From Podarcis tiliguerta (Eukaryota): a stretch of 64,000 nt of DNA. The stretch lies in NCBI GenBank assembly GCA_965153285.1, contig OZ229113.1. One strand, given 5' to 3'. The position numbers and the translations under genes were made by a program. The notes under the pieces were generated by a model. The model had not been told where the DNA came from. It saw only the letters and a list, made by a program, of their open reading frames with translations, and did no database searches. Shown here one piece after another: positions 63,941 through 64,000 of the stretch (position 1 is its first letter; the number at the start of each line of letters is the position of its first letter).

Positions 63941-63999
63941 TTCCTGTTCCCTCTAGGAGGCTTCGTTTTGGCTGCTCCCGGTGTTAGGGCTCTGGTAGC
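63763..63999 (-). CDS. gag: Gypsy Gag C-terminus (partial; 5' part outside window) with CCHC zinc knuckle
   Basis: Manual translation ATRALTPGAAKTKPPRGNRKCYICDSAQHMAKECPQ...QQLNDGVWLEEEALGSSQTSQ*; CX2CX4HX4C; overlaps pol, which lies in the -1 frame. Confidence 0.9.
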   Translation of the reverse strand, partial: ATRALTPGAAKTKPPRGNRKCYICDSAQHMAKECPQRLHKHTAASATVTDAAQLKTQQQLNDGVWLEEEALGSSQTSQ

Positions 64000-64000
64000 T

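Larger units (their letters stand above)
59123..64000 (-). mobile_element. Ty3/Gypsy LTR retrotransposon (chromovirus, sushi-like), 3' part; continues beyond the window
   Basis: Gag CCHC knuckle, uninterrupted pol in PR-RT-RH-IN-chromo order, PPT and 3' LTR with TGTCAGGG...CCCTGACA termini; CpG-rich relative to flanks. Confidence 0.97.

Overview
Repeat-rich, apparently intronic or intergenic DNA from a squamate reptile. The SINE and LINE repertoire suggests a lacertid-like lizard, which is an inference. No host protein-coding gene can be assembled with confidence. The window holds Sauria-type and other tRNA-derived SINEs, L2/CR1/L1/RTE LINE fragments, many TA-flanked Tc1/mariner-pogo and hAT MITEs, several solo LTRs and microsatellites. 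At the right end lies the 3' 4.9 kb of a young, intact Ty3/Gypsy chromovirus on the minus strand: gag zinc knuckle, a -1 frameshift signal with a predicted pseudoknot, PR-RT-RH-IN-chromodomain, PPT and 3' LTR. Its pol frame reads through the PPT and most of the LTR. It has a degenerate chromodomain followed by an F-x8-FxGF motif like those that bind LEDGF/TFIIS-N-terminal domains. An unrelated solo LTR also carries an acidic-then-basic ORF in the same phase. Other highlights are a 33-nt tailless U1 snRNA retrocopy with a 19-bp TSD, a SINE with a perfect 77-bp TSD, and a MITE carrying CpG-island-like cargo.
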